From: Chryseolinea sp. | GTDB taxonomy: Bacteria; Bacteroidota; Bacteroidia; Cytophagales; Cyclobacteriaceae | Reading direction: 5' to 3' | Assembly (NCBI GenBank): GCA_046595655.1 | Contig: JBKJOF010000181.1 | Span: 39,374-103,373 of the forward strand | DNA length: 64,000 nt | Notes under the pieces: generated by a model | The model's database searches: none | The model's input: only the letters and a program-made list of their open reading frames with translations | What the model was told of the DNA's origin: nothing | Position numbers and translations under genes: made by a program | In this document: positions 29,671-40,151 of the stretch, piece by piece | Position numbering within the stretch: the stretch's first letter is position 1 | Layout: each line of letters begins with the position of its first letter

Positions 29671-31056
29671 ATGAAAATAGATTTTCTTCTTAGATCCAAT
29701 TCGGAATCCATTTGGAATCGGCTTAAGGATATTGTTGCAGGTAAGGTAAGCGCACCGATAATGGTATGCTTTGCAATTTGCATTGCAGGAAGCGTCTTTG
29801 CATTTCCGCTTTCTTTCATAACCAAATCCAATGTGTTGATTGGATTTGGTTTGTTTCCATTTGTATTATTCTATACACAGAAAACACGTTTTAATTACTT
29901 CTACCTGGCCAGCCTGATATTTTTTTTGGTCGTTACTAATATCTATCACATCCGAATATTTTATTTCTTCGCGCTTGCGTTTTTTATTCTTTTTGCAACA
30001 GAATTGTGGATCCGTACGGTGAATAAAATTATTCTCTTCTTATTGATATTTATGTCTCCCGTTTTTCAACAGGCCGCTATTATACTAGGGTTTCCCGTCA
30101 GGTTGCAACTGAGCTCACTTGCCGGTAACATTCTATCATGGAGTGGAATGCCGGTGCAAGTGGAAGGTAACATGATGATTTTAAATGGTGCTTCTTTTTC
30201 TGTAGATGAGGCATGCATGGGACTGAGCATGCTTGCTTTCTCAATGCTTATGGGAGTTCTTGCTATTGCACATCAATATCGCATTCGCAATGTGCAATTG
30301 TCTATCAGTAAGCTTCTGTTGTTTTTTCTGATTGTCTTTGCATTTAATTTAATCTGTAACGTATTAAGAATTTTTGTATTGGTTGTTTTCAAAATAGCTC
30401 CCGAAAATCCAATGCATGAAATGGTCGGGATTTTGTGTTTCGTTATGTATGTAATGATCCCACTTTATTTCGTTAGCCGATGGATGATTAGTCGATACGG
30501 GAATCACATGAAGGAAGAAAACGGAACCATTCGTGTTCATTATTTAGCAAAATCAGGAATTGGAATTTTATCGATCGCTATTCTGCTTACTGGTATTCAG
30601 TTAAACAGAAGCAGGGGAGAGGTAACGATTTCTCATGCATCGGCAAGTCTTGCCGGATTTAAATCGACTAATCTCAATGGCGACATTACAAAACTTACTA
30701 ACAATAACGTATTAATTTATGTGAAACCTATTCCCGAGTTTTTCACAAGTGAGCATACTCCGTTATTATGTTGGAAGGGTAGTGGATATCATTTTGAAAG
30801 TATCCGAAATGTAATCGTTCTTGAAAAAACGATTTATGTTGGTGAGTTAGTAAAAGAAAAAAATACACTTTATACAGCTTGGTGGTACTGCAACGGTAAA
30901 GTTGAAACCATCAATCAGTTGGACTGGCGCTTACGAATGCTCAAAGGCGAAGACCAATTTTGTCTGATTAATGTCACTTCAGATAGTGAAGTAGATATGC
31001 AGAGAACACTGGAGTTAATACTTAAGAATAAGCAACTGAATCTTTCTTCTAACTAA
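29671..31056 (+). CDS. xrtN: Exosortase N
   Basis: Exosortase triad context VDEACMGL, CNVLRI and HEMVG; C-terminal HTPLLCWKGSGY domain; follows a PEP-bearing substrate gene. Confidence 0.9.
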   Translation: MKIDFLLRSNSESIWNRLKDIVAGKVSAPIMVCFAICIAGSVFAFPLSFITKSNVLIGFGLFPFVLFYTQKTRFNYFYLASLIFFLVVTNIYHIRIFYFFALAFFILFATELWIRTVNKIILFLLIFMSPVFQQAAIILGFPVRLQLSSLAGNILSWSGMPVQVEGNMMILNGASFSVDEACMGLSMLAFSMLMGVLAIAHQYRIRNVQLSISKLLLFFLIVFAFNLICNVLRIFVLVVFKIAPENPMHEMVGILCFVMYVMIPLYFVSRWMISRYGNHMKEENGTIRVHYLAKSGIGILSIAILLTGIQLNRSRGEVTISHASASLAGFKSTNLNGDITKLTNNNVLIYVKPIPEFFTSEHTPLLCWKGSGYHFESIRNVIVLEKTIYVGELVKEKNTLYTAWWYCNGKVETINQLDWRLRMLKGEDQFCLINVTSDSEVDMQRTLELILKNKQLNLSSN

Positions 31057-31067
31057 TTCGAATCAAA

Positions 31068-31577
31068 ATGGATGAAGGCAAAAAACTGACGCGAAGTATT
31101 AGAGTGATTCTTGCTCTCTTTATGTTCGGACTTATCATTAGCGGATTAACTGCACTACCTATAGAATGGCAACTAGAATGGCAACTTCAATGGGCACACC
31201 GCAACATAAACTACCTTAACCCAAATCTTCCATTAATTCAATGGCTTGAGTTTGTTTATGTTGGCGTTGCTGAAACGAATAGAATGTATCCCTTTATTTC
31301 ATATGGAACAGACTGGCTTGCCTTTGCTCACTTCATGATCGCGATTGTTTTTATTGGGCCGTGGCGTAATCCTGTTAAAAACATTTGGGTAATAGAGTTT
31401 GGAATACTAACGTGTTTTTTCATTTTTCCCTTTGCCATTATTGCAGGAGAAGCTCGCGGAATTCCATGGTATTGGCGTATGATTGATTGTTCATTCGGTC
31501 TGTTTGGAGGATTGCTTCTATGGAGTTGTTATCAAAAAATACTGATCCTTGAAAATCTATTGGAGAAATCACAATGA
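31068..31577 (+). CDS. Hypothetical membrane protein (XrtN operon)
   Basis: YGTDWLAFAH, GPWRNPVKNIWV, IDCSFG; about 4 TM helices. Confidence 0.75.
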   Translation: MDEGKKLTRSIRVILALFMFGLIISGLTALPIEWQLEWQLQWAHRNINYLNPNLPLIQWLEFVYVGVAETNRMYPFISYGTDWLAFAHFMIAIVFIGPWRNPVKNIWVIEFGILTCFFIFPFAIIAGEARGIPWYWRMIDCSFGLFGGLLLWSCYQKILILENLLEKSQ

Positions 31578-32299
31578 ATCAAATAAAATCAAAAATCTCG
31601 GCCATTATTATTTTTAGTATTGCAATGGCAGCTCTAGAAGGAGCGGTGGTGGTTTACTTAAGAGCATTGTATTATCCCAATGGATTTACCGTGGCGTTAA
31701 AATTAATTGACGAACATATTCTGCTTGTTGAAGTTGTGCGAGAGATAGCCACACTTATTATGTTGGTTTGCATTGCCTGTTTAGTTGGTAAGAGATGGCA
31801 TGACCGCTTCGCCTATTTTTTATTGAGCTTTGCTATTTGGGATATTTTCTATTATGTCTGGTTGAAAATATTTATTGACTGGCCTTCTTCTTTTTTTGAA
31901 TGGGATATACTTTTTCTTATTCCCATCACCTGGTTGGGGCCAGTACTGGCGCCCATTATTTCCTCACTAACAATGATTGTATTCGCCATAGTAATTCTGA
32001 AAAAATCGAACCCTTTAAAATTCTCTTTTCTGGTTACGAGTTGTCTGTTGATCGGAAGTGTGCTCATTCTCTTTACGTTTATGCAGGATTATGGAAATCT
32101 CCTTTTGAATACTGATTCTGTTTTTGATTATCCCAATCTTTTAAAAAATGAACGGTTTGTGAAGGCCGCTTCTATCTATTTACCGAAATCATACAATTGG
32201 TTTTTATTTATTTTGGGTGAGTTGCTGATTTGTATTTGCGTTGTATGGCTTTATGCAAATTCACATCGTCACAAATCTCATAAATCTATTGACGAGTAG
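31574..32299 (+). CDS. Hypothetical membrane protein (XrtN operon)
   Basis: LEGAVVVYLR, REIATLIML, WDIFYY, WDILFLIP..W.GPVLAP; 4-bp overlap with the previous gene. Confidence 0.75.
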   Translation: MNQIKSKISAIIIFSIAMAALEGAVVVYLRALYYPNGFTVALKLIDEHILLVEVVREIATLIMLVCIACLVGKRWHDRFAYFLLSFAIWDIFYYVWLKIFIDWPSSFFEWDILFLIPITWLGPVLAPIISSLTMIVFAIVILKKSNPLKFSFLVTSCLLIGSVLILFTFMQDYGNLLLNTDSVFDYPNLLKNERFVKAASIYLPKSYNWFLFILGELLICICVVWLYANSHRHKSHKSIDE

Positions 32300-32490
32300 T
32301 ATAAATATCCTAATCCGTTTTGAGTGTCTCTTGACTTCTAATGAAACGCCTTACAGCACAGTTTCATTGAAACAATTTGAAATACAACTTTCTTTAAAAG
32401 GTGGTGGCTTTCTGAGAGTTTTCTATTTCAAGACGGTTAAAATAAGTGTTACTTGCCAACGTAAATCAATTACAATTATCATTTTGAACT

Positions 32491-33462
32491 ATGAAAAAAA
32501 TAGTCATCCTTCTTTGCCTCATCATTATCATCTCTGATATTTCGGCACAAACTAAAAGCACCTCAGGCAATCCGATATTTCCGGGTTGGTATGCCGATCC
32601 GGAAGGAATAATCATTAAGGATAAATTCTGGATTTATCCAACCTACTCGGCACCTTATAATGAGCAAGTTTTTATGGATGCTTTTTCTTCAGCCGATTTA
32701 GTTAGTTGGACGAAGCACCAACGAATTATCGACACAACTTCAATTAAATGGGCGAAGAGAGCGATGTGGGCTCCTGCCATTGTAGAGAAGGAAGGAAAAT
32801 ACTTTTTATTTTTTGGTGCGAACGATGTTCACGAAGGTGAAGTAGGAGGTATTGGTGTTGCCGTTGCCGATCAACCACAAGGTCCGTTTAAAGATCTTCT
32901 TGGTAAACCGTTAATCAATGAAATAAAAAACGGTGCGCAACCTATTGATCAATTTGTGTTTAAAGATAAAGATGGACAGTATTATATGATTTACGGTGGG
33001 TGGGGCCATTGTAACATTGGTAAGTTAAAAAATGATTTTACGGGATTCATTCCGTTTAGTGATGGAACAACGTTTAAAGAGATCACACCAAAAGATTATG
33101 TTGAAGGTCCGTTCATGTTTATGCGGAACAACAAGTATTATTTCATGTGGTCGGAAGGTGGATGGGGTGGACCGAATTATAAAGTAGCCTACGCCATTTC
33201 AGATTCTATGTTTGGCCCGTTTGAACGAATTGGAACAGTGCTTCAACAAGACGCATCAGTAGCGACAGGGGCAGGTCATCATTCTGTGATGAAGCATCCA
33301 ACAAAAGATCAATGGTATATGGTTTATCATCGCAGACCACTGGGTGAGACAGATGCCAATCATCGCGTTACCTGTATAGATGAAATGCTGTTTGATGAAA
33401 AGGGTTTGATAAAACCTGTGAAGATTACCTTTAATGGGGTGAAGAAGCAGACCTTAAAATAA
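32491..33462 (+). CDS. Glycoside hydrolase family 43 protein, exported
   Basis: GWYADP (base Asp), WAP, QPID, YVEGP (acid Glu), GHHS and a signal peptide. Confidence 0.92.
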   Translation: MKKIVILLCLIIIISDISAQTKSTSGNPIFPGWYADPEGIIIKDKFWIYPTYSAPYNEQVFMDAFSSADLVSWTKHQRIIDTTSIKWAKRAMWAPAIVEKEGKYFLFFGANDVHEGEVGGIGVAVADQPQGPFKDLLGKPLINEIKNGAQPIDQFVFKDKDGQYYMIYGGWGHCNIGKLKNDFTGFIPFSDGTTFKEITPKDYVEGPFMFMRNNKYYFMWSEGGWGGPNYKVAYAISDSMFGPFERIGTVLQQDASVATGAGHHSVMKHPTKDQWYMVYHRRPLGETDANHRVTCIDEMLFDEKGLIKPVKITFNGVKKQTLK

Positions 33463-33543
33463 ATTATCTGAGATGTGATGTGAAAGAATAAGAACTGCAA
33501 CCAACCCGAACTAATGCAAATCCATTTTTATATCGTGTTGGTT

Positions 33544-33840
33544 TTATTCCTTTTCTTTTCTTTTCTTTTCTTTTCCGTCCTCAACAATGGGCGTGTTTTT
33601 TTTACTCTTTATCAATACTTCTGCCAAGCTGTTTGCTTGAATGGAAAAGTCCAATGAATACGTTCCATCTTTTATTTTCCAATCACTACTGATTTTTCTT
33701 TTCACAGATTGATAACTTTCTTTTTGCCTCGGTTAAATTACCAGCAGGTTGAGGCTTGATAATAATTTTTCAAAACCGGGCGCAACGGGAGTGGTAAAAC
33801 TGGAAATAAAGAATGCTAATCCTGTTAAGATATATTTCAT
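33544..33840 (-). pseudogene. Collapsed alpha-L-rhamnosidase (GH78) remnant: signal peptide joined to the C-terminal domain, frameshifted
   Basis: MKYILTGLAFFISSFTT-PVAPGFEK / IIKPQPAGNLTEAK / SVKRKISSDWKIKDGTYSLDFSIQANSLAEVLI across three frames. Confidence 0.65.
33551..33575. repeat. (TTTTC)5 microsatellite
   Basis: Five exact copies at the 3' end of the GH78 remnant. Confidence 0.9.
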
Positions 33841-33893
33841 GGCGAAATGTAAATCATAATGACATCGCGAATATTTTCGCACGATTAACGCAC

Positions 33894-34805
33894 CTATAAC
33901 CAGCCGTTACTCTTCAACCAACTTTTACAATTCTCCATCCAAAGTTCATCGGTGGTTTTGTTAATCATTCCGAAACCGTGCCCTCCTTTTTGATAGAGGT
34001 GCATTTCAGTCGGCACTTTATTTTTTAGCAAAGCCTGATAAAATACGATGCTGTTTTCTGATTTCACTGCATCATCATCACTGGCGTGTACTAAAAAAGT
34101 TGGGGGTGTTTGCGCAGTTACCTGAAGTTCGTTTGAATAGAGCTTTGTTTTTTCAGCTGAGGGTTTTTTACCAATCAACTGATCTCGCGAACCCATGTGC
34201 GTGATGTTATCTTGGAAGCTGATTACAGCATAAATCAAAATCATAAAATCAGGACGGAGACTTGTGTTTTTTTCATTTGGAATTACAACTGTATTGTAAT
34301 GAGTTCCAGCAGTTGCAGCTAAATGTCCGCCTGCTGAAAATCCCATGATACCAATTCGGTTGGGATTTATATTCCAGTCTTTTGCACGCTCTCGAATAAT
34401 TTTAATTGCTTGCTGTGCATCTTGAAGCGGACCAATTTCCCGGTTGATCATGGTTGCATCATTTGGTATTCGGTACTTTAGTACAAATGCTGTTACACCC
34501 ATCTCGTTAAATTTCTTTGCCACATCAGTTCCCTCATGGCTTGAAGCATTAACCCAATATCCGCCACCCGGATAAATGATCACAGCCGTACCATTTGCTT
34601 TTTCTTTTGCAGGTAAAAAAATGGTAAGTGTAGGGATAGAAATTTTGCTGATGGTCGTTCTGTCATCTTTTTGTTCCGTTGTTTCTTCGTTTGGCGAGGG
34701 TTTGCTATTCGGAATACTTCCGCTATATAAAGGAATTGTAGTTTGAGCCATAACATGAGGTACTGTTAGAATAAAGGCAAGAGAAATGAAAATTTTGTTT
34801 TTCAT
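33894..34805 (-). CDS. Alpha/beta-hydrolase (BD-FAE/xylan-esterase-like), exported
   Basis: PGGGY, GIMGFSAGGHL, DD and GGHGFG; paralog of 18592-19473. Confidence 0.88.
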   Translation of the reverse strand: MKNKIFISLAFILTVPHVMAQTTIPLYSGSIPNSKPSPNEETTEQKDDRTTISKISIPTLTIFLPAKEKANGTAVIIYPGGGYWVNASSHEGTDVAKKFNEMGVTAFVLKYRIPNDATMINREIGPLQDAQQAIKIIRERAKDWNINPNRIGIMGFSAGGHLAATAGTHYNTVVIPNEKNTSLRPDFMILIYAVISFQDNITHMGSRDQLIGKKPSAEKTKLYSNELQVTAQTPPTFLVHASDDDAVKSENSIVFYQALLKNKVPTEMHLYQKGGHGFGMINKTTDELWMENCKSWLKSNGWL

Positions 34806-34864
34806 AGTGCGACTAAATTAATGAAATATTACCCACTTCACTAACATGCACATATTGCCCTTGA

Positions 34865-36622
34865 CTATAATTTTGGAGCCAGCCACAAAAATCCAGATGC
34901 CAAAACAAATATAGAATAGAAGAGAAGAGAGTTGATCATTTTTGATTGCATCACTTTTTCAGAGCGTGTTCCATGTGGTGTTTTACTTGCAAGTTGATTT
35001 GCTTTAATCTGTTCTGAAATAGAAAGTGATTTCCAATCGTTCGGGTTGGATACATAGTATTGAAGTGAGGCATTGTCTTTTAGTTGAAGGGTATGCCATC
35101 CAGGTTCAGCGGCCCACGTGCGGGCAACCCAAACATCATCAAGCAGTACGTTTTCCTGAAGAGGGGTTGGTATACTGTCGGCAAAGAGAATAGGATTTTC
35201 AATAGAAGAAATAATTTCAATATCAATCGGATCATCTTGATAAATGGGAAATTGATTTTTGATTTTTATTTTCGATGATGAAGTGTTGTAGCGTGAAATT
35301 CTTTCAATGACAGGCGACCAAAGATTAACGTAATTTAATGAATCGCCCGATAAGGTAAGTTGATACGTTTGCTGTAAAAACTGGAACCCTATCTTACCTA
35401 ATCCTCTGTGCTGATAGCCAGATAGAATTCCACTTTTATTTTTTATGATTGATTTTACGGAGCAAGATTCAGTTGCCCTATAAGATGAGGCGGTTAAGGT
35501 AACTGTGGCCGATTCGGATAACGATAAACTTGCTGTATCCGTCTTTGCTTTCTGAACTTGAAATGGAAAAAAATTGATTCTATTTTTTGTTTCTTTTGTT
35601 GGATCAATATTCATTAACAACAATCCTAAACCTGATTGTATACTTTTATTTAGAATTACCTGTTCAGAAACTGACAAAGTTTTCAACTCCTCTCCATCCA
35701 GAATTACCAAATCAAAACGACTGAGCAACTCGCTTGTCAGGTGATTGAAAGATTGTGAAGGCATGTTTGCATATTCATACCTGAAATTATTTTTTGAAAG
35801 CTGATACCTTAATAGAAGGCGATGCTCTTTGGAAGTTAGAAAAGTTTTAAGGTATTGTGTTTCGAAGGTTGGATATGATTGGAGAAAAAGTATTCGAAGT
35901 GGATGCGATTCTTCAATATGCATTGGAAGTATTTCTGTTGAAGTATCTCCATTTTCTTTTTGAGTGATGAGTTCATAAAAGACATTTCCATTTTGTTTTG
36001 GCTTGAAAGAAAAATGAAAAGAATAATCTCCATTCTTATCAATCGAAATGGAATCTTCTTTACCTGCCGGGCCTTTCAATATTATTCTTATTTTGCCGGA
36101 GGCATTATGATAAATACCACTGACGATATTTTTTCTGTTCACCACAACAGGCTCATTCAAAATAAGTTTGGTTGCTCCTTCCGGGTTTGAAGACGCGATA
36201 AATTGAAAAGTTTTCGTATCCATTAAATCCAATGCGTGAAGCGGAAGGCCATCACTCACCACAAACCGAATATCATTTTCAAGTTCGTGTACTGTTGAGT
36301 AGGAGAATGCCTTTGAACCTTTATAGGATGGTGCATCGGCAGAGTGAAGTAACGTGAGTTCAGGCTGTGAATGAAGAAGACTGTCTACCTTTTCTTTTTT
36401 ATAGTTCTTGGTTAACAGAATGAGCGATGAAGATTTCTCGACTTGATAAGACGGTCGTAGTAAAATTCCTGCCAGCGCGATCATCATCAAGCAGATGGAT
36501 GCAATTCTGACGATGAGTAATAATTGTTTTCTTCTCCGCTCCAACCAGATAAAAAGAATTGAAAGAAGTATGAGTATGAAAAGAATTAACCACATTGGAA
36601 GAAGCGCATTGAACGATATCAT
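34865..36622 (-). CDS. Membrane-anchored protein of the MoxR operon (central GATase-like fold suspected)
   Basis: Two N-terminal TM helices and one C-terminal TM helix; RILFLQSYPTFETQYLK...FDLVILD segment. Confidence 0.7.
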   Translation of the reverse strand: MISFNALLPMWLILFILILLSILFIWLERRRKQLLLIVRIASICLMMIALAGILLRPSYQVEKSSSLILLTKNYKKEKVDSLLHSQPELTLLHSADAPSYKGSKAFSYSTVHELENDIRFVVSDGLPLHALDLMDTKTFQFIASSNPEGATKLILNEPVVVNRKNIVSGIYHNASGKIRIILKGPAGKEDSISIDKNGDYSFHFSFKPKQNGNVFYELITQKENGDTSTEILPMHIEESHPLRILFLQSYPTFETQYLKTFLTSKEHRLLLRYQLSKNNFRYEYANMPSQSFNHLTSELLSRFDLVILDGEELKTLSVSEQVILNKSIQSGLGLLLMNIDPTKETKNRINFFPFQVQKAKTDTASLSLSESATVTLTASSYRATESCSVKSIIKNKSGILSGYQHRGLGKIGFQFLQQTYQLTLSGDSLNYVNLWSPVIERISRYNTSSSKIKIKNQFPIYQDDPIDIEIISSIENPILFADSIPTPLQENVLLDDVWVARTWAAEPGWHTLQLKDNASLQYYVSNPNDWKSLSISEQIKANQLASKTPHGTRSEKVMQSKMINSLLFYSIFVLASGFLWLAPKL

Positions 36623-36624
36623 AT

Positions 36625-38892
36625 CTATTTATTTTTCAATGCTTCAAGATTTCGAATAAAGGATTGATCCAACGTATGCAGCTTTTGAAATGTTCCTTGT
36701 GGTGACGTAGTTTCATTTGGTAATATGCTCCAAAATACTTTTCTAATTTCTTTCAAGACTTCTAATCTTTTATCAGAGTCAATTTTATTTTCAGTGATCG
36801 CATTCAATACAGATAAACTCCTGAGGTATTTCCCCGGTTGTTTCAACGCAATGCCTGACAACTCTTGTCCTGCTTTTATAAACAGAGATTTTTGAGCAGG
36901 AGTGAGAACTGTAGGTTTTCGTAACAACAGTTGGTCAATCAGCAACCCAGCCTTTTTGATGTTGAGATATACTTCAGGCTTTTCGTTTTGATATTGTGAA
37001 GATGAATTTTCTATTTCACTTAAATCAGCCGTCAATCTTTTCTCTTCTTTCAAAGGAGGCGGATCAAATCCTGTGCGGTGCACATAGACTCTTGAATCCT
37101 GGCTGATTTCTTTTAGCAACTTCAGTGCTTTGTATTGAAAGGGTAAAGATTTTTCTGGCTCGTATAAACGAAGGTGTAATTCGGCATCCCACATAATGGT
37201 AAGCGCTGCTTTTAGTTTTGCTTTTATGGATTGCGTAAAGAAGGTAGCTTCTTCTTCGCTGTCGTGAATATGTTTAAAATCACTGAGCGGATCTTCTTTT
37301 TCATTTGGATCGTTTTTTTGGTCTCCATGATCGTGTGACGCTTCAACTGATTTTTTATCAGCAACAAGATTGTGTTCGTTCTCTTCATCGTGTACGTGAC
37401 CGAAAGTTTTTACAACATCTTCATGAGAATGATCGTCACCTTCTGCTGTCGCGGAGTTTTGCGCAATTCCGCTTTCAAATTCTTCGCCCATAAATTCTCC
37501 ATACTTTAATCGAAGCACTTTTTGATCGTAACCTAAGTCATTACTTTTTGAATTGTATTCTTGTTTTGTTATTAGCTTCTTGCCTTTTAATAATTTCTCT
37601 GTGTCGATAATAATTTGTCGCTGGCTCCTGAAGTATTCAGGCATCAAGTCAACACCTAAACCAGCATCAACAGAAGTTTCCTGTTGAGCCGTGTCTTGCA
37701 ATGCGATGAAGTAAGTCTCTGTTCTACTATGTCCAGCGAGTGGAGTTTTATTATCAAAAGCTTCAATGTAGAAATAGAGTTCATCACCCGGCTCGAGTCC
37801 GAGTTTGATCAGGTCAATTACTTTGGCCGCGCGAATTTGTTTCCCCTCGATCTTACCAGGTGTATCGAAGAATAATTTTTCTTCACGAAACTTTACAGAC
37901 TCTCCACTTCCCTTACTTACTGTGGCAATGATGTGTGCTCGGCTAATGCTGTAATCATCTGACAAAACCGAGTTCAAACCTATTTTTAGATTATCACTTG
38001 CTGAGAGTTCGGTAAACTGATTTAAGTTTTCTAATGCAATAGTCGGTGGCTGATCTTTTACAATTTCTATTTTATAGAAGTCGGAAGACTGTTTCGATTT
38101 TGTGTCGGTCCACGAGAATTGATAAAACCCAGATTCAAAAATAAATCGATCTGTTTCGAATGCGTTATTATTGGCTTTCAAATTCACGCTGTCCTTTCCT
38201 GAAAAAATAATTTTGGGATTCATCACCCTTCCCTCAAAGGCAACGCTCCAATACACTTTACTTCCTTCGGCCACTTTAATGTCTGCATTGTCAGTAACGA
38301 ACGCAGGAATTCCGGTATAGGAAGGAGGCTTAATGCTAATCATTAAATTTTCAATGAACGAAGGTGCTTCTTCGTCAATCTTGATTTCTGTTTTTCTTTC
38401 TTTTTGTGGGACGATTTTATTTTCCTGCATTACGGTAAATGAGCTTAGCCCGACATACACAACTAAACTCAATAGAAACGCGATAAAAGCCTGACCTATA
38501 TTACTAGGAAGTTTGATAGTAGGATAAAGTATTTCGAATTGATGAATGTTTTTTAGTTTTTGGATTTGCTGAAGGGAAGTGAGGTCATCGTTCTCTTTCA
38601 ACATTAAGTCAGCGCTCTCTTCCAATTGGGAATAACGTTGGTTGACATAGCGAACCAATTCATTTTCTCCAACCCTAAAAATCTTTAGTTGAAGACTTCT
38701 GATTCTAAAGAAAAACACACCGGCACAAATGGAAACACTGTAAGAGGGTATTGACGAAATAGATAAGACATGACACAATCCAAACACAACCAAATTAATA
38801 GAAAATGAAAGCAAACCTATTTCTGCCAACCGAATCAGTTGGTATCGCTGCTTCATGCGATGAAAGTAATGTCGTGCCTGGGTATCGCTCAT
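36625..38892 (-). CDS. DUF4175-like membrane protein with His/acidic-rich insert
   Basis: N-terminal TMs, Ig-like DQPP.I...DDYSI segment, EYFRSQRQIIIDTE, LRLKYGEF and a nine-His acidic stretch. Confidence 0.7.
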   Translation of the reverse strand: MSDTQARHYFHRMKQRYQLIRLAEIGLLSFSINLVVFGLCHVLSISSIPSYSVSICAGVFFFRIRSLQLKIFRVGENELVRYVNQRYSQLEESADLMLKENDDLTSLQQIQKLKNIHQFEILYPTIKLPSNIGQAFIAFLLSLVVYVGLSSFTVMQENKIVPQKERKTEIKIDEEAPSFIENLMISIKPPSYTGIPAFVTDNADIKVAEGSKVYWSVAFEGRVMNPKIIFSGKDSVNLKANNNAFETDRFIFESGFYQFSWTDTKSKQSSDFYKIEIVKDQPPTIALENLNQFTELSASDNLKIGLNSVLSDDYSISRAHIIATVSKGSGESVKFREEKLFFDTPGKIEGKQIRAAKVIDLIKLGLEPGDELYFYIEAFDNKTPLAGHSRTETYFIALQDTAQQETSVDAGLGVDLMPEYFRSQRQIIIDTEKLLKGKKLITKQEYNSKSNDLGYDQKVLRLKYGEFMGEEFESGIAQNSATAEGDDHSHEDVVKTFGHVHDEENEHNLVADKKSVEASHDHGDQKNDPNEKEDPLSDFKHIHDSEEEATFFTQSIKAKLKAALTIMWDAELHLRLYEPEKSLPFQYKALKLLKEISQDSRVYVHRTGFDPPPLKEEKRLTADLSEIENSSSQYQNEKPEVYLNIKKAGLLIDQLLLRKPTVLTPAQKSLFIKAGQELSGIALKQPGKYLRSLSVLNAITENKIDSDKRLEVLKEIRKVFWSILPNETTSPQGTFQKLHTLDQSFIRNLEALKNK

Positions 38893-40151
38893 TGATTTCG
38901 TTTAAAGGCTACAACGCGTTCAACAAGCAAAGTGAGCAAGATAAAAATTGCTAAGTAATTCAGTATATTACTTGTACCCACCAACGCAACACTTGCTTCA
39001 CTTCCTATCGATGAAGTGCTCGACCACAATAATTTTTCTGGCAATGCACGCTTGTCAAAATGTTTTGCTCTTTGCAAAACCTGTTTTTTTTTAAGAAGAA
39101 TGTCTGCTAGTTGGACAGTAAGATTTTCGTTTAACGAATTCTCTTCATCAAGTCGATCGTTTAAAAACCAACCTGATGCTGATGGAGTAAGTAGTTCATT
39201 TGGTTCAATTTCATTTTTCAAATAGACAATTCGTTTTGAGTTTCCTTTTTCGGGAATTACTTTTTCGGAAAGCCAGATAATCCATGCCGTATTGTCATCA
39301 TCGGTCCATTTTTCAGCGGGCAATGTGCTGATACGAAAAACGCAAGGCATTGTTTGATCAATTGCTTTCAATGCCGCTAATATTATTTCTTTGTCGTATT
39401 CAAATGATGGATCGTTGTAAAGCGTAATTGAAATAGTATCCTTAGAAGTAATTCGCATCGAGTTATCTTCCACAAGAACGGATTGACCAGGACTTGCCTT
39501 GAGATATTGATTACTAAAGCTTGTTCTTTCAAAAGAAGTTTTTCCTTTGCGCACCAATACCGAATCGGAAGAAATACGAGTAGCATTTAATGTAAATTCA
39601 GCATCGATAGAATTTTTGGAAATCCATTGAACATGCTCTGGAATTGATCTGCGTTTACCTTTAAACTGATTTGTGTAATTGTAAGCGAGTACAACAATTT
39701 GCTTTGCTGGATGTGCTTTTAGGGATTCCACTAATGTCCAATAATTTATTGAAGCATTAACAGATGAACTGTCTTTGAGCAAAGGAAAATCTTTTGCCAG
39801 CCATCGTAATTCAAATTCTTTCTTCTCCAGACTATCAATTAGATTTTTGAAATCATTTTCTTTTTCTAATCCCTTTTCGATCAGCAGCCAATTAACTTCT
39901 TTCGTTTTTGATTTAGTAAACGTTATGCCACTGAGTAAGAAGACAATTAAAGTAATGAGCAAACAGCGAAGTGCGAGCAGGAGAAATTCATTCAACCGAA
40001 TATTTCTGAATTGCTTGGTACTGGTTTCTTCCAAATGCCGAATGCTGCCAATGCGAATTACCTTTCCTTCCTTCCGACTCAACAAATGAATTCCAATCGG
40101 AATCATTAATCCCGTTAGTCCCCAGAGCCATATGGGATTTAAGAACTGCAT
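38889..40151 (-). CDS. BatA N-terminal-domain protein
   Basis: MQFLNPIWLWGL..L.IPIGIHLL...LLALR double-TM BatA-type start; C-terminal TM. Confidence 0.85.
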   Translation of the reverse strand: MQFLNPIWLWGLTGLMIPIGIHLLSRKEGKVIRIGSIRHLEETSTKQFRNIRLNEFLLLALRCLLITLIVFLLSGITFTKSKTKEVNWLLIEKGLEKENDFKNLIDSLEKKEFELRWLAKDFPLLKDSSSVNASINYWTLVESLKAHPAKQIVVLAYNYTNQFKGKRRSIPEHVQWISKNSIDAEFTLNATRISSDSVLVRKGKTSFERTSFSNQYLKASPGQSVLVEDNSMRITSKDTISITLYNDPSFEYDKEIILAALKAIDQTMPCVFRISTLPAEKWTDDDNTAWIIWLSEKVIPEKGNSKRIVYLKNEIEPNELLTPSASGWFLNDRLDEENSLNENLTVQLADILLKKKQVLQRAKHFDKRALPEKLLWSSTSSIGSEASVALVGTSNILNYLAIFILLTLLVERVVAFKRNQ

